A stretch of DNA of 64,000 nucleotides, taken from assembly GCA_002722245.1 (NCBI GenBank), contig PBLA01000001.1:22292-86291 (forward strand), written 5' to 3'. The stretch's first letter is position 1. Every line of letters begins with the position of its first letter. The notes below the pieces were generated by a model. The model did no database searches and had not been told where the DNA came from. It saw only the letters and a list, made by a program, of their open reading frames with translations. Below, in pieces: positions 1 to 9,424 of the stretch. A program made the position numbers and the translations under genes. This stretch comes from Flavobacteriales bacterium (lineage in GTDB: Bacteria; Bacteroidota; Bacteroidia; Flavobacteriales_C; GCA-002722245).

Positions 1-172
1 CGAGAAAACCGATTAGAAAGAGTGTCCAAAACCAACTTGTGAAAATAAAACTGGCAATAATCAGAAGGGCGCAAGGAACACCATAAAGCCATTCTTTTTT
101 CACCAATGATATTGTGGCAACGGATATGTACTTTTTCTTTTCGAGCTCGTATCTTTTTGTGATTACTTTCAT
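1..172 (-). CDS. hypothetical membrane protein (5' part only; gene continues beyond window start)
   Basis: Reverse-strand ATG at 172-170 opens a stop-free frame to position 1 (MKVITKRYELEKKKYISVATISLVKKEWLYGVPCALLIIASFIFTSWFWTLFLIGFL...). The hydrophobic stretch suggests a TM helix. No recognisable family. Confidence 0.3.
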   Translation of the reverse strand, partial: MKVITKRYELEKKKYISVATISLVKKEWLYGVPCALLIIASFIFTSWFWTLFLIGFL

Positions 173-418
173 ACAAGAAAAATTTCGTGCAAAGATACAA
201 TATTTATAGGCAGTAATGGTAGTTAATGAATGGGTTTACTTATAAACAATGTTAAATTATATTACTCAACAGATGTTTTGCCCGATTATTGATCAGATAG
301 CTTGAACTATTCGGTAAAATGATTGTTTCTCTCTTAGTCATAGACTAAACCAATAAATTTGTAAGAATTATTGATGTTTGGCCGCATTGTTTTACGTTGT
401 ATTTTTTAGTTTTGAAAT

Positions 419-1309
419 ATGTTACTTGATAAACGAATACCCTTAAGTTATATAGTTAAAAAGGTTAAAATGGAAATTTTGGTGGTATTGCTATTTACTA
501 CTGCTATTATTTTCGCCAAACAGTATTTACATATACCATTTGAATTACCACCTACGATACCTGCAGGTTTAGGTACTGCTATATCGCTTGTTCTTGCTTT
601 TAAACTTAATCAATCCTATGACCGATGGTGGGAGGCTAGGAAGATTTGGGGAGCTATCGTAAATGACTCTCGTTCTTTAAGTATTCAATTTATCAATTTT
701 ACACTGGATCAATCTCGACACGAAATTAGAGATTGTATTTATCGTCAGATTGGTTGGTGTTATGCGCTTTCTAATGCATTAAGAAAAACAGGTGACTATT
801 CCAGATCAGCATCTTTTTTATCCAAAGAAGAATATGCTGCTGTTAAAAGTTCTTCTAACGCACCTCTTTTGATAGCGAGCTTTATTTCATCGGATATTCG
901 AACATTATTTAAAGATGGGCAGTTAAATCAATTTCAACAGGTTCAAATGGATGATACCATGGTGCGCTTAGTAGCCTCAATGGGTAAGGCGGAACGTATT
1001 AAGAATACTGTTTTTCCAAAAACATACCGAATGTTTTTAACGTTTTTTGTGTACATATTCCTTTTAACATTGGCCATTTCATTATCAGATCTTCATCCTG
1101 CTTTTGAAATTCCTTTATTAGTTACAATTGCCTTGCCTTTTTTCTTATTAACGAAAACGTCTGTTGCGATTCAAGACCCTTTTGAGGACTTACCAACTGA
1201 TACATCAATGCTTGCTATTTCCGAGACAATTGAAACAAACTTAAAGGAGTTAATACAAGATCAATCTCCTGTTGTGAAGGAATCTGATCGAGAGTTTTAC
1301 TATATGTAA
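419..1309 (+). CDS. bestrophin-like (UPF0187/YneE family) putative anion channel
   Basis: Two N-terminal TM helices followed by the ...SYDRWWEARKIWG... motif typical of bacterial bestrophin homologues. Two more hydrophobic segments sit near residue 200. Confidence 0.6.
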   Translation: MLLDKRIPLSYIVKKVKMEILVVLLFTTAIIFAKQYLHIPFELPPTIPAGLGTAISLVLAFKLNQSYDRWWEARKIWGAIVNDSRSLSIQFINFTLDQSRHEIRDCIYRQIGWCYALSNALRKTGDYSRSASFLSKEEYAAVKSSSNAPLLIASFISSDIRTLFKDGQLNQFQQVQMDDTMVRLVASMGKAERIKNTVFPKTYRMFLTFFVYIFLLTLAISLSDLHPAFEIPLLVTIALPFFLLTKTSVAIQDPFEDLPTDTSMLAISETIETNLKELIQDQSPVVKESDREFYYM

Positions 1310-1318
1310 ACGGGTATT

Positions 1319-1891
1319 TTGAGCAAAACACATTATTACTTTAAACTTAATAAACCACCTAAAGTACTTAGTCAGTTTGTTCGTGTGCAAAAACGTAAGA
1401 AGCGTCTTTTAGGGGAATTATATGATTTTCCTGAGCACACGATGTCTGTTGGGCGTTTAGACGAGAATTCAGAGGGCTTATTATTGCTCACAACCAATGG
1501 AAGAGAAAGTGATCGGATTTGTAGATCGGGTGTGGAAAAAGAATATTATGTTCAGGTTGATGGATGTATTACCCATGAAGCGATTCTCCAATTACAACAA
1601 GGAGTAGAGATTGGTGTAAATGGTGAAAAATATCTCACTAAACCCTCTAAAGTATTCGTGCTTGACAAGACTCCGTACAATGAGCCTGGGTATAGGATTA
1701 GAGATGATAGACATGGTCCAACATCTTGGGTGTCCATTACGATAAAGGAAGGGAAATTTCGTCAGGTACGAAAAATGACTGCAGCGGTTGGTTTTCCAAC
1801 ATTGCGTTTAGTTCGTTGGCGAATTGGAAACATTACTTTAGAAGGCATGAAATCAGGTGAAGTCGTAGCGTTAAATTTTTTTGACGCCTAA
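1319..1891 (+). CDS. rluE: RsuA-family rRNA pseudouridine synthase lacking an S4 domain (RluE-like)
   Basis: HYYFKLNKPPKVLSQF N-terminus and the catalytic-Asp motif VGRLDENSEGLLLLTTNG. About 190 aa with no S4 domain. Confidence 0.7.
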   Translation: MSKTHYYFKLNKPPKVLSQFVRVQKRKKRLLGELYDFPEHTMSVGRLDENSEGLLLLTTNGRESDRICRSGVEKEYYVQVDGCITHEAILQLQQGVEIGVNGEKYLTKPSKVFVLDKTPYNEPGYRIRDDRHGPTSWVSITIKEGKFRQVRKMTAAVGFPTLRLVRWRIGNITLEGMKSGEVVALNFFDA

Positions 1892-1964
1892 ACTGTATCT
1901 TTTTAAAATCTACTGCATTATACTAGTGGTTGAGTAAACCAACTGCCTTATATACATAAAGATA

Positions 1965-1995
1965 AAGCGCCCTTCGTCCGGGGCGCTTTTTTATT
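1965..1995 (+). terminator. rho-independent terminator after rluE
   Basis: GC-rich stem AAGCGCCC (1965-1972) pairs with GGGCGCTT (1981-1988) around an 8-nt loop and is followed by TTTTTATTTTTAT. It stands out in this AT-rich background. Confidence 0.55.
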
Positions 1996-2104
1996 TTTAT
2001 CTCTGATTTTTTAGTGAGTGTGCTTTAAAAAGACATTTGAATACTTCAAATACGGATATAATGGATGCCTTAAACATTGTATATTTGCATCAAATTTTGA
2101 AGTT

Positions 2105-4729
2105 ATGAGCAGTTTAGCAAAAACCTATGATCCGTCGAAAGTAGAGGAGAAATGGTATGACTACTGGATGAAGAATGATTTGTTTAGTAGCAAGCCTGAT
2201 GAAAGAGAGGCTTATACTATTGTTATACCTCCGCCGAACGTGACAGGTCAATTGCATTTAGGCCATACATTAAATAATACACTCCAAGATGCGTTGATTC
2301 GCAAGGCAAGATTGGAAGGTAAAAATGCATGTTGGGTTCCCGGAACCGATCATGCATCCATTGCTACTGAAAATAAAGTTTTGGACTTGTTAGCCGAGCA
2401 AGGAATTAAAAAAGAAGACCTTACACGAGATGAGTTTTTAAAGCACGCTTGGGATTGGACGGATAAATACGGAGGAATCATTTTAAAGCAGTTGAGAAAA
2501 CTAGGCGCTTCATGTGACTGGGATAGAACCGCTTTTACGATGGATAAGAATTTACACGATTCCGTTATCAAAGTTTTTGTTGATTTATTCAATAAGGGAT
2601 ACATCTATCGTGGAGCTAGAATGGTGAATTGGGATCCAATGCGTAAAACGGCACTTTCTGATGAAGAAGTTTATCATACTGAAGAAAATTCAAGATTATT
2701 TCACATTAAATATCAAATTGCAGGAAGTGATGAGTTTTTAACCATCGCTACAACACGGCCTGAAACTTTATTGGGAGATACGGCAATTTGTGTAAACCCT
2801 AATGATGAAAGATATACTCACCTAAAAGGTGCTAAAGCAATTGTACCTCTTGTGAACCGAGAAATTCCTGTGATTTTTGACGAGTATGTTGATATGGAAT
2901 TTGGTACAGGTGCTTTAAAGGTAACACCAGCACACGATATTAATGACTACAACTTAGGTGCAAAACATGATTTGGAGTCTATTGAAATTTTAAATGATGA
3001 CGGCACTTTAAATGAATCGGCTCAATTATATGTTGGCGTTGATCGTTTTGAAGCGAGAAAGAAAATCGCGAAAGAATTAGAAGAAAAAGGACAGCTGGAT
3101 AAGATTGAGGATATTCGAAATAAAGTAGCGCGTTCGGAAAGATCTAAAGTTGTTATTGAGCCTAAGCTATCTACGCAATGGTTCTGTAAAATGGAAGAGA
3201 TTGCCAAGCCTGCTTTAGATCAGGTTTTAGATAATACCATTGAGTTTTTCCCAAAGAATGCTGTAAATACCTACAAGCATTGGTTAGAGAATATTAACGA
3301 TTGGTGTATTTCCCGTCAGTTGTGGTGGGGACAACAAATTCCGGCTTATTTCTACGGAAAAGGTCAGAATGATTTTGTTGTTGCTGAAACAGCTGAAGAG
3401 GCATTAAAGTTAGCTCAAGATAAAACAGGGAAATCTGATTTAAAAGCTGAGGACCTAAGTCAAGAGACTGATGTGGTGGATACTTGGTTCTCATCGTGGT
3501 TATGGCCAATGTCTGTTTTTAACGGAGTTTTAGAGCCAGACAATGAAGAGTTTAATTACTACTACCCCACAAATGTGTGTGTCACTGGTCAAGATATAAT
3601 CTTCTTCTGGATTGCCAGAATGATTATGGCTGGATTAGAATATAAAAATCAGTTCCCATTTAAAGATGTTTACTTCACTGGTTTAGTGCGTGATGAGAAG
3701 CGTAGAAAAATGAGTAAGAGTTTAGGAAACTCGCCAGACTTATTTGAAACCTTTGAAAAGTATTCAGCAGACGGTGTTCGGTTAGGGGTGTTGTTATGTG
3801 CTCCTGCTGGGAATGACTTGTTATACAGTCATGATTTAAGTAAGCAGGGTAGAAATTTTGCGAATAAGGTTTGGAATGCTTTACGATTAGTTGATGGTTG
3901 GAAAATAGATGAATCTTTGGAGCAACCTGAATTAAAGCCTGCAATAGAATGGTTTGATGCTAAACTAAGAGCTGCTGTGGTTAAGGTGAATGATTCATAC
4001 TCGAAGTATAGATTATCAGAGGCTGCAATGGAAATCTATAAATTGATTTGGGATGATTTTTGTTCTTGGTATTTAGAAATGATTAAGCCAGGGTTTGAGC
4101 AGCCAATTTCGAGAGAAATTTATGATGCCACCATGAACTTTTTTGATGAATTAATGGTTTTATTGCACCCAATGATGCCCTTCATTACAGAAGAGGTTTG
4201 GCAGAATGTAAAAGAAAGAAAAGAGGGTGCGTCTATTATGACTGCCTCTTGGCCTTCTGCTGAAGGTGAGAATGAAGAACTTATTTCTTTTGGTGAGAAA
4301 ATGCAAGAGTTAGTTTCGGGAATCAGAAACTTACGAAGTCAGCAAGGAATGAGTCCTAAAGATGCTATTGACGTTTTTATTTCATCTTCTGATAAAGGAT
4401 ATGAAACCTATAAGGGGTTAATTGCTAAGTTGGCTAATGTATCCAAGTTAGAATACACTTCGGAAAGTATTTCTGGAGCGAAGTCGTTCATTATTGGAAC
4501 GGATGAAATTTTCATTCCAGTTGAAATCGATACTGAAAAAGAGAAAGCTGAAATGCAAAAAGAGCTTGATCGTCAGAAAGGTTTCTTAAAAGGAGTAGAG
4601 AAGAAGTTAAGTAACGAAAGATTTGTGAACAATGCTCCTGAGGCAGTTGTTGCTTCGGAAAAGAAAAAACAAGCTGATGCGATTGCTAGAATTGAGATTT
4701 TGCAGAAGTCTTTAGCGGAGTTGAGTTAA
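2105..4729 (+). CDS. valS: valine--tRNA ligase
   Basis: Class I HIGH region PPPNVTGQLHLGHTLNNTLQD, KMSKS motif KMSKSLGN and a C-terminal coiled coil, about 875 aa. The track ORF starts at 2018, but the in-frame ATG at 2105 (MSSLAKTYDP...) matches canonical ValRS N-termini. Confidence 0.93.
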   Translation: MSSLAKTYDPSKVEEKWYDYWMKNDLFSSKPDEREAYTIVIPPPNVTGQLHLGHTLNNTLQDALIRKARLEGKNACWVPGTDHASIATENKVLDLLAEQGIKKEDLTRDEFLKHAWDWTDKYGGIILKQLRKLGASCDWDRTAFTMDKNLHDSVIKVFVDLFNKGYIYRGARMVNWDPMRKTALSDEEVYHTEENSRLFHIKYQIAGSDEFLTIATTRPETLLGDTAICVNPNDERYTHLKGAKAIVPLVNREIPVIFDEYVDMEFGTGALKVTPAHDINDYNLGAKHDLESIEILNDDGTLNESAQLYVGVDRFEARKKIAKELEEKGQLDKIEDIRNKVARSERSKVVIEPKLSTQWFCKMEEIAKPALDQVLDNTIEFFPKNAVNTYKHWLENINDWCISRQLWWGQQIPAYFYGKGQNDFVVAETAEEALKLAQDKTGKSDLKAEDLSQETDVVDTWFSSWLWPMSVFNGVLEPDNEEFNYYYPTNVCVTGQDIIFFWIARMIMAGLEYKNQFPFKDVYFTGLVRDEKRRKMSKSLGNSPDLFETFEKYSADGVRLGVLLCAPAGNDLLYSHDLSKQGRNFANKVWNALRLVDGWKIDESLEQPELKPAIEWFDAKLRAAVVKVNDSYSKYRLSEAAMEIYKLIWDDFCSWYLEMIKPGFEQPISREIYDATMNFFDELMVLLHPMMPFITEEVWQNVKERKEGASIMTASWPSAEGENEELISFGEKMQELVSGIRNLRSQQGMSPKDAIDVFISSSDKGYETYKGLIAKLANVSKLEYTSESISGAKSFIIGTDEIFIPVEIDTEKEKAEMQKELDRQKGFLKGVEKKLSNERFVNNAPEAVVASEKKKQADAIARIEILQKSLAELS

Positions 4730-4749
4730 GTTGTTAAATCGTTAGAGGT

Positions 4750-5706
4750 GTGCCTATTTATAATTTTCCATACCGCTTAAAGTTTAAAACTCCCTTTAAA
4801 ATCGCATCGGTAGAGCGAACAGGGACAGATAACTTATATCTTAAGTTTACAAAAGACGGTTTTGTAGGTTGGGGAGAGGCCGTTTTTCCACCCTACATTG
4901 AGGAAAATCAGCAAACAGCAATTACACGTTTGGCTGATTTGAATTGGGGGTTTTTGGATGAAGCTGAATTGTTTCGATTAATTCAACAGAACCAAATTAT
5001 TTTAAAACAGGAACCATCCTTAGCTTGTGCTATGGAATGTTGTTTATTGAACTGGTTGGCGGCATTTAAAAAAATAGGGCTTCACGCGCTCTTGGGATTA
5101 AATGAAGTAAAAAAAGAAACCTCATATACGATTGGTATAAGTTCGGATCAAGCGATGGAGGAAAAGGTGGTTAATACGCCTGAAGCGACTTATTTTAAGT
5201 TAAAGGTTAATGAAAACGAAATAGAAAGAATTGTTAATACCTATGTTTCTCTTACCTCTAAACCTTTTGTTGTAGATGCTAACCAGGGTTTTTCTAATCG
5301 TGAAAAGGCGTTGTATTGGGCTTCTGAATTAGATAAAATGGGTGTTGCTTATTTTGAACAACCGTTTGATAAAGAGGATTTTGAATCGCATGAGTGGCTC
5401 AAAAATCATGTAAACATTCCCATTATTGCGGATGAGTCTTTTCAACGCATTACTGATCTTGAAAAAGCATTTAAATCCTTCGATGGGATTAATGTTAAAA
5501 TAATAAAAACGGGTGGTGTGTTGGAGGCTAAAAGGTGTTTGCTACAAGCAAAAAAATTAAAGATGATAACGGTTTTAGGCTGTATGTCTGGTTCGTCTAC
5601 TTCTATTCAGTCTGCATCTGCATTACGTGATTTGGCGGATTTTGTGGATTTGGATGGTGTGTATTTAATTGAAAATGACCCTGATTTGAATAAAATGGGA
5701 ATGTAA
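4750..5706 (+). CDS. enolase-superfamily enzyme (dipeptide epimerase / o-succinylbenzoate synthase-like)
   Basis: N-terminal capping domain (FKIASVERTGTDNLYLKFTKDGFVGWGEA) and a C-terminal TIM-barrel region. About 318 aa, typical of MR/MLE members. Substrate cannot be assigned from sequence. Confidence 0.55.
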   Translation: MPIYNFPYRLKFKTPFKIASVERTGTDNLYLKFTKDGFVGWGEAVFPPYIEENQQTAITRLADLNWGFLDEAELFRLIQQNQIILKQEPSLACAMECCLLNWLAAFKKIGLHALLGLNEVKKETSYTIGISSDQAMEEKVVNTPEATYFKLKVNENEIERIVNTYVSLTSKPFVVDANQGFSNREKALYWASELDKMGVAYFEQPFDKEDFESHEWLKNHVNIPIIADESFQRITDLEKAFKSFDGINVKIIKTGGVLEAKRCLLQAKKLKMITVLGCMSGSSTSIQSASALRDLADFVDLDGVYLIENDPDLNKMGM

Positions 5707-5804
5707 AATACCATTCTTGGCTATTTATTTATGTATACGTATTATTTTGAGCCAATTGTCAAATTTTTGACGATTAATTTACTGAAGGAGTGTATTTTTA
5801 GGGT

Positions 5805-7049
5805 ATGAACAGAGTCGCATTATTTCTTACCGTAATTTCTTTAATTGGACTGGCTTTTGACGTTTACTTTTATCATGGGGTAAAAAGTGTTTTTAATACT
5901 GGAAAGTATTCAAGTTATTTTAAATACGGTTATTGGACGGTAAGTTATTGTTATTACCTCTATTCTGTTATTACAATTACCTTATTGTTATTTGGTTATG
6001 AGGCGGGAAGGTTTGGTAAAATACTTGGCCAGGTATTTTTTTTCCTTTTATTTCTTCCTAAGGTGCTTTCCTCTGTGTTTTTAATTTTTGATGATATTAT
6101 TCGTTTAGTTCGGTTTTTAATTGGAAGTTTCTTTTCTAAGGATGTGTCTGGACGTACGGCAGAATCAGGAATAAGTAGGTTACGTTTTTTACAATTGTCT
6201 GCATTAGGTTCATTTGGATTGTTATTAAGTTCTCTAACTTATGGTGTGATAAAAGGTGGATATAATTACACCGTTCAGAAGTTGAAAATTAAAATCCCGA
6301 ATCTCCCAAAGGAGTTTGAAGGAATGAAAATTGCGCAGGTTTCAGATTTACATGTGGGAAGTTTTATGAGCTTGGAACCCATGAAAGAGGCGGTTAATTT
6401 GATTAATGAACAAGATGTTGATATGCTTTTTTTTACGGGTGATTTGGTAAATGATAAGGCAGAGGAGGCTTTAGATTTTATTGATGTATTCAAAAATATT
6501 AAACACAAGGTTTATTCTGTTTTAGGTAATCATGATTATCCTGAGTATATATACGCTAGGGATGATCACGCTTCCAGAAAGCATAACTTTGATTTAATGG
6601 TGGATATTCATAAAAAAATGAATTTTGATTTGCTTTTAAATGAGCATCGTATAGTTGAGCGAAACGGGAAGAAGATGGCCATTATTGGTATTGAAAATTG
6701 GGGAAGTAGTTTCTCTAAATATGGTGATATGAAAAAAGCTTATGAAGGTACGCAAGAGGCTGATATGAAATTGTTGCTTTCTCATGATCCAAGCCACTGG
6801 GATTTGCAGGTGCGACCTGACTACTCGGATGTAGCTGTTACATTCTCTGGCCATACACATGGTATGCAATTTGGTGTTGAAGCTTTTGGGGTTAAGTTTA
6901 GTCCTGCTCAGTGGGTGTATAAACAATGGGCTGGGTTATACAAAGAAGGTCCTCAGCAACTTTATGTGAATAGGGGATTAGGTTTTATTGGTTATCCCGG
7001 AAGGGTGGGTATAAGCCCTGAAATTACGGTTTTTGAACTTACTTCCTAA
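5805..7049 (+). CDS. membrane-anchored calcineurin-like metallophosphoesterase
   Basis: Four to five N-terminal TM helices, then phosphoesterase motifs (VSDLHVG, GDLVND, GNHDY, GHTHG). Confidence 0.65.
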   Translation: MNRVALFLTVISLIGLAFDVYFYHGVKSVFNTGKYSSYFKYGYWTVSYCYYLYSVITITLLLFGYEAGRFGKILGQVFFFLLFLPKVLSSVFLIFDDIIRLVRFLIGSFFSKDVSGRTAESGISRLRFLQLSALGSFGLLLSSLTYGVIKGGYNYTVQKLKIKIPNLPKEFEGMKIAQVSDLHVGSFMSLEPMKEAVNLINEQDVDMLFFTGDLVNDKAEEALDFIDVFKNIKHKVYSVLGNHDYPEYIYARDDHASRKHNFDLMVDIHKKMNFDLLLNEHRIVERNGKKMAIIGIENWGSSFSKYGDMKKAYEGTQEADMKLLLSHDPSHWDLQVRPDYSDVAVTFSGHTHGMQFGVEAFGVKFSPAQWVYKQWAGLYKEGPQQLYVNRGLGFIGYPGRVGISPEITVFELTS

Positions 7050-7063
7050 TAGTAGAGGTTTCG

Positions 7064-7747
7064 TTAATGTGCTTGATCTCCGAGGTTAAAGGCATATTGA
7101 ATAATATTTGCCCCCATTTGAAGCGCTTTTGTTCGTGTTTCTTTGTCGTCATTATGTACTTCTTGATCTTCCCATCCATCCCCTAAATCAGATTCGTAGG
7201 TGTATAGTACAACAAGTTTACTTTCATGAAATAAGCCAAATGCTTGCGGTGGTTTATTGTCATGTTCATGAATTTTAGGTAGTCCATTTTGAAAATCAAA
7301 GGTTTGATGAAATATGGGATGTGCGTAAGGAAGTTCAATAAGTTTTTGGTTAGGAAATACTTTTTTTAGTTCTCTTCGAATAAATTTATCCATACCGTAA
7401 TTGTCATCAATATGAAGGAAACCTCCATTTGTAAGGTATTTTTTTAAATTATTGACATCATTTCCTGATAAAATGATATTGCCATGACCTGTAAGATGTA
7501 AAAAAGGATAGTTGAAAATTTCTTCACTCCCTACATGAACTTGCCCTGGTGTAGGATGAATGTCTGTTTTGAGTTGTTTGTTGCAAAATTTTATGAGATT
7601 GGGTACGGATGTGGGGTTGGCATACCAGTCACCGCCACCATTGTATTTTAAAACAGCTATTGAGTATGAAGAGGGTGCTGTAAAGGAATAGACTAAAATT
7701 CCTATACAGATTGAAAAAAATAACGCAATGAGGTGCTTAGTGTTCAT
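7064..7747 (-). CDS. DUF4159-like secreted protein
   Basis: Signal peptide followed by a LKYNGGGDWYANPTSVPNL motif typical of Bacteroidota DUF4159 proteins. Confidence 0.45.
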   Translation of the reverse strand: MNTKHLIALFFSICIGILVYSFTAPSSYSIAVLKYNGGGDWYANPTSVPNLIKFCNKQLKTDIHPTPGQVHVGSEEIFNYPFLHLTGHGNIILSGNDVNNLKKYLTNGGFLHIDDNYGMDKFIRRELKKVFPNQKLIELPYAHPIFHQTFDFQNGLPKIHEHDNKPPQAFGLFHESKLVVLYTYESDLGDGWEDQEVHNDDKETRTKALQMGANIIQYAFNLGDQAH

Positions 7748-8432
7748 AGTTCATGTTGATGATTGTGCAGGCAACAATTCCGGCAGTTTCTGTTCTTAAA
7801 CGTGATTCGCCTAAACTAATTGGCTGAAAGCCATTTTTTAAGGCGAGTTGAATTTCTTCTTCTGAAAAATCTCCTTCTGGACCAATTAGGATTAGTGTTT
7901 CTTCTCGAAAACTAAGACTTTTTAGGTGCGTTTTTTGTCCTTCGGAACAATGTGCTACAAACTTATTTTTTATGTTGGATTTAACAATTTCATTTACCTC
8001 AGTTAAAGGGTTCAGTTTTGGGAAGTGAAAGTTCTTACTTTGCTTACAGGCAGAGGTGATAATCCTGTTGAGCCGTTCTTGTTTAATACTTTTTCGTTCA
8101 GAATGAAAGCTTAATAGCGGGGTGATTTGAGAAACGCCTATTTCAGTTACTTTCTCTAAAAAAAATTCGAATCGATCAATATTTTTAGTGGGAGCTATTG
8201 CTATGTGTAGGGGTGGTGTGATTTGAGTGAAATGCTTAGTGGATTGAACAGTGTAAAAACATTTTTTTGGACTGGCTTCAGTAATTAATGCAGAATGAAG
8301 ATCCCCATTTCCGTTAGTAATTAGTATTGTGTCGCCTTTTGATTTTCGAAGGACTCGAATACAGTGTTTGCTTTCTGATTCATTTAAATGTCCTGCGATA
8401 ATTTCAGAATTGCTTGCGGTAAAGACTTGCAT
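7737..8432 (-). CDS. rsmE: 16S rRNA (uracil1498-N3)-methyltransferase
   Basis: RsmE-like N-terminus (MQVF...AGHLNESESKHCIRVLR), a SPOUT-type C-terminal domain and about 230 aa length. Confidence 0.75.
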   Translation of the reverse strand: MQVFTASNSEIIAGHLNESESKHCIRVLRKSKGDTILITNGNGDLHSALITEASPKKCFYTVQSTKHFTQITPPLHIAIAPTKNIDRFEFFLEKVTEIGVSQITPLLSFHSERKSIKQERLNRIITSACKQSKNFHFPKLNPLTEVNEIVKSNIKNKFVAHCSEGQKTHLKSLSFREETLILIGPEGDFSEEEIQLALKNGFQPISLGESRLRTETAGIVACTIINMNYEH

Positions 8433-8466
8433 GGAATAAAATTAATCTTTTGCTTGAAATAGAGGG

Positions 8467-9315
8467 CTATTCTTGGTGATAGTTTTCGTAAGCTTTAGCC
8501 ATAATGGTGTATACTAATGGATATTTGTCAGCTAGGTAATCAAAAGATTGGGTCATTTTTTTCTTTCCAAACTCCCCTCCGGAAAACATCCAAAAGAAAA
8601 CATTGTAAATTTGCTTTTCATTAAAACCTTCTAATTCTTTAAATAAAATTTCTTTGTTTGAATTGATAATTGGTATGGATTCGAAATAAAATTTCTTGGT
8701 GTTTTTACCTGCAACTCTCATGTCGGTGTGTTGAGCGAAAAGTATAAATAATGAAATGTAAGTATTCCTTCCTACAAATTTGGGTCGAAAAATAGTTTGG
8801 ATATATCGCTTCGCTTCTTTTTTTAAGTTGACTTCCTCTACGAGCGAAGAGAAGAAAATTTCAAGTTCAATTCCACTTTTTGGAAATCGGTTTAGAAACG
8901 CACGTTTATAACTTAAATTGGTTTTATTATGAACCATATGTTTATAGGATTCACGCAAACGCGCACATTCCTCTTGAAGCACTTGCTTGTCAATATCTAA
9001 TAAGAAGTTCTCGGTGTATCGCTCTAATTTTTGGATTTCAAATTCCTTTAAAACTACGGGGTGGAAATACTTGTTTTTGACGCCAGCGATGAGTTTGAAT
9101 GTTCCCATTTTTGGTAATGGAAGAGAATAGTTTCCAAATTTATCGGTCACAGTTTGTGCAATAACCCTTTTCTTTTCATGTAATTGTATTTTAACATTGG
9201 GAATAGGGAAGCCTTGTTTACTCGTAATTTTACCATTGAGTTCAAAGGGCTCACTGGAGCTATAAAAAGCGAATCCAATTATACTTATTAGAACAAAATG
9301 TGTGAATTTCTTCAT
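8467..9315 (-). CDS. hypothetical secreted protein with carboxypeptidase-regulatory-like beta domain
   Basis: Signal peptide, then LNGKITSKQGFPIPNVKIQL...KFGNYSL (transthyretin/CarboxypepD_reg-like) and a helical C-terminal half. Confidence 0.35.
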   Translation of the reverse strand: MKKFTHFVLISIIGFAFYSSSEPFELNGKITSKQGFPIPNVKIQLHEKKRVIAQTVTDKFGNYSLPLPKMGTFKLIAGVKNKYFHPVVLKEFEIQKLERYTENFLLDIDKQVLQEECARLRESYKHMVHNKTNLSYKRAFLNRFPKSGIELEIFFSSLVEEVNLKKEAKRYIQTIFRPKFVGRNTYISLFILFAQHTDMRVAGKNTKKFYFESIPIINSNKEILFKELEGFNEKQIYNVFFWMFSGGEFGKKKMTQSFDYLADKYPLVYTIMAKAYENYHQE

Positions 9316-9424
9316 ACCCCCCTTACGGCGATGAAGATTTTTGGTTTTGTCTATATGTGATATGGATAAAAAAGGGTTGAGTTTTCTGTTTAGCTTTTCA
9401 GAAACTTAGTAACTTAAAAATTCT

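Noticed and set aside
1552-1737. Short antisense/overlapping ORFs in the six-frame track (e.g. 1552-1737, 2350-2604, 3022-3207, 6275-6508, 8880-9080, 10060-10535, 14902-15156, 17535-17837, 18902-19404, 22197-22412, 24510-24726, 25854-26249, 26938-27243, 29800-30033, 36134-36334, 38473-38685, 39469-39666, 45340-45543, 46239-46448, 46981-47169, 50275-50790, 53001-53186, 54175-54885, 56583-56774, 57751-57936, 62320-62646, 63637-63822).
   Set aside because: All lie inside, and out of frame or antisense to, long well-supported genes. None has a recognisable motif. They are typical AT-rich spurious ORFs.
5742-5775. TTGTCAAATTTTTGACGA near-palindrome downstream of the enolase-superfamily gene, considered as terminator or operator.
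   Set aside because: Stem is only 6 bp with a 2-nt loop and there is no flanking T-run. It is more likely part of the next gene's promoter (-35-like TTGACG).
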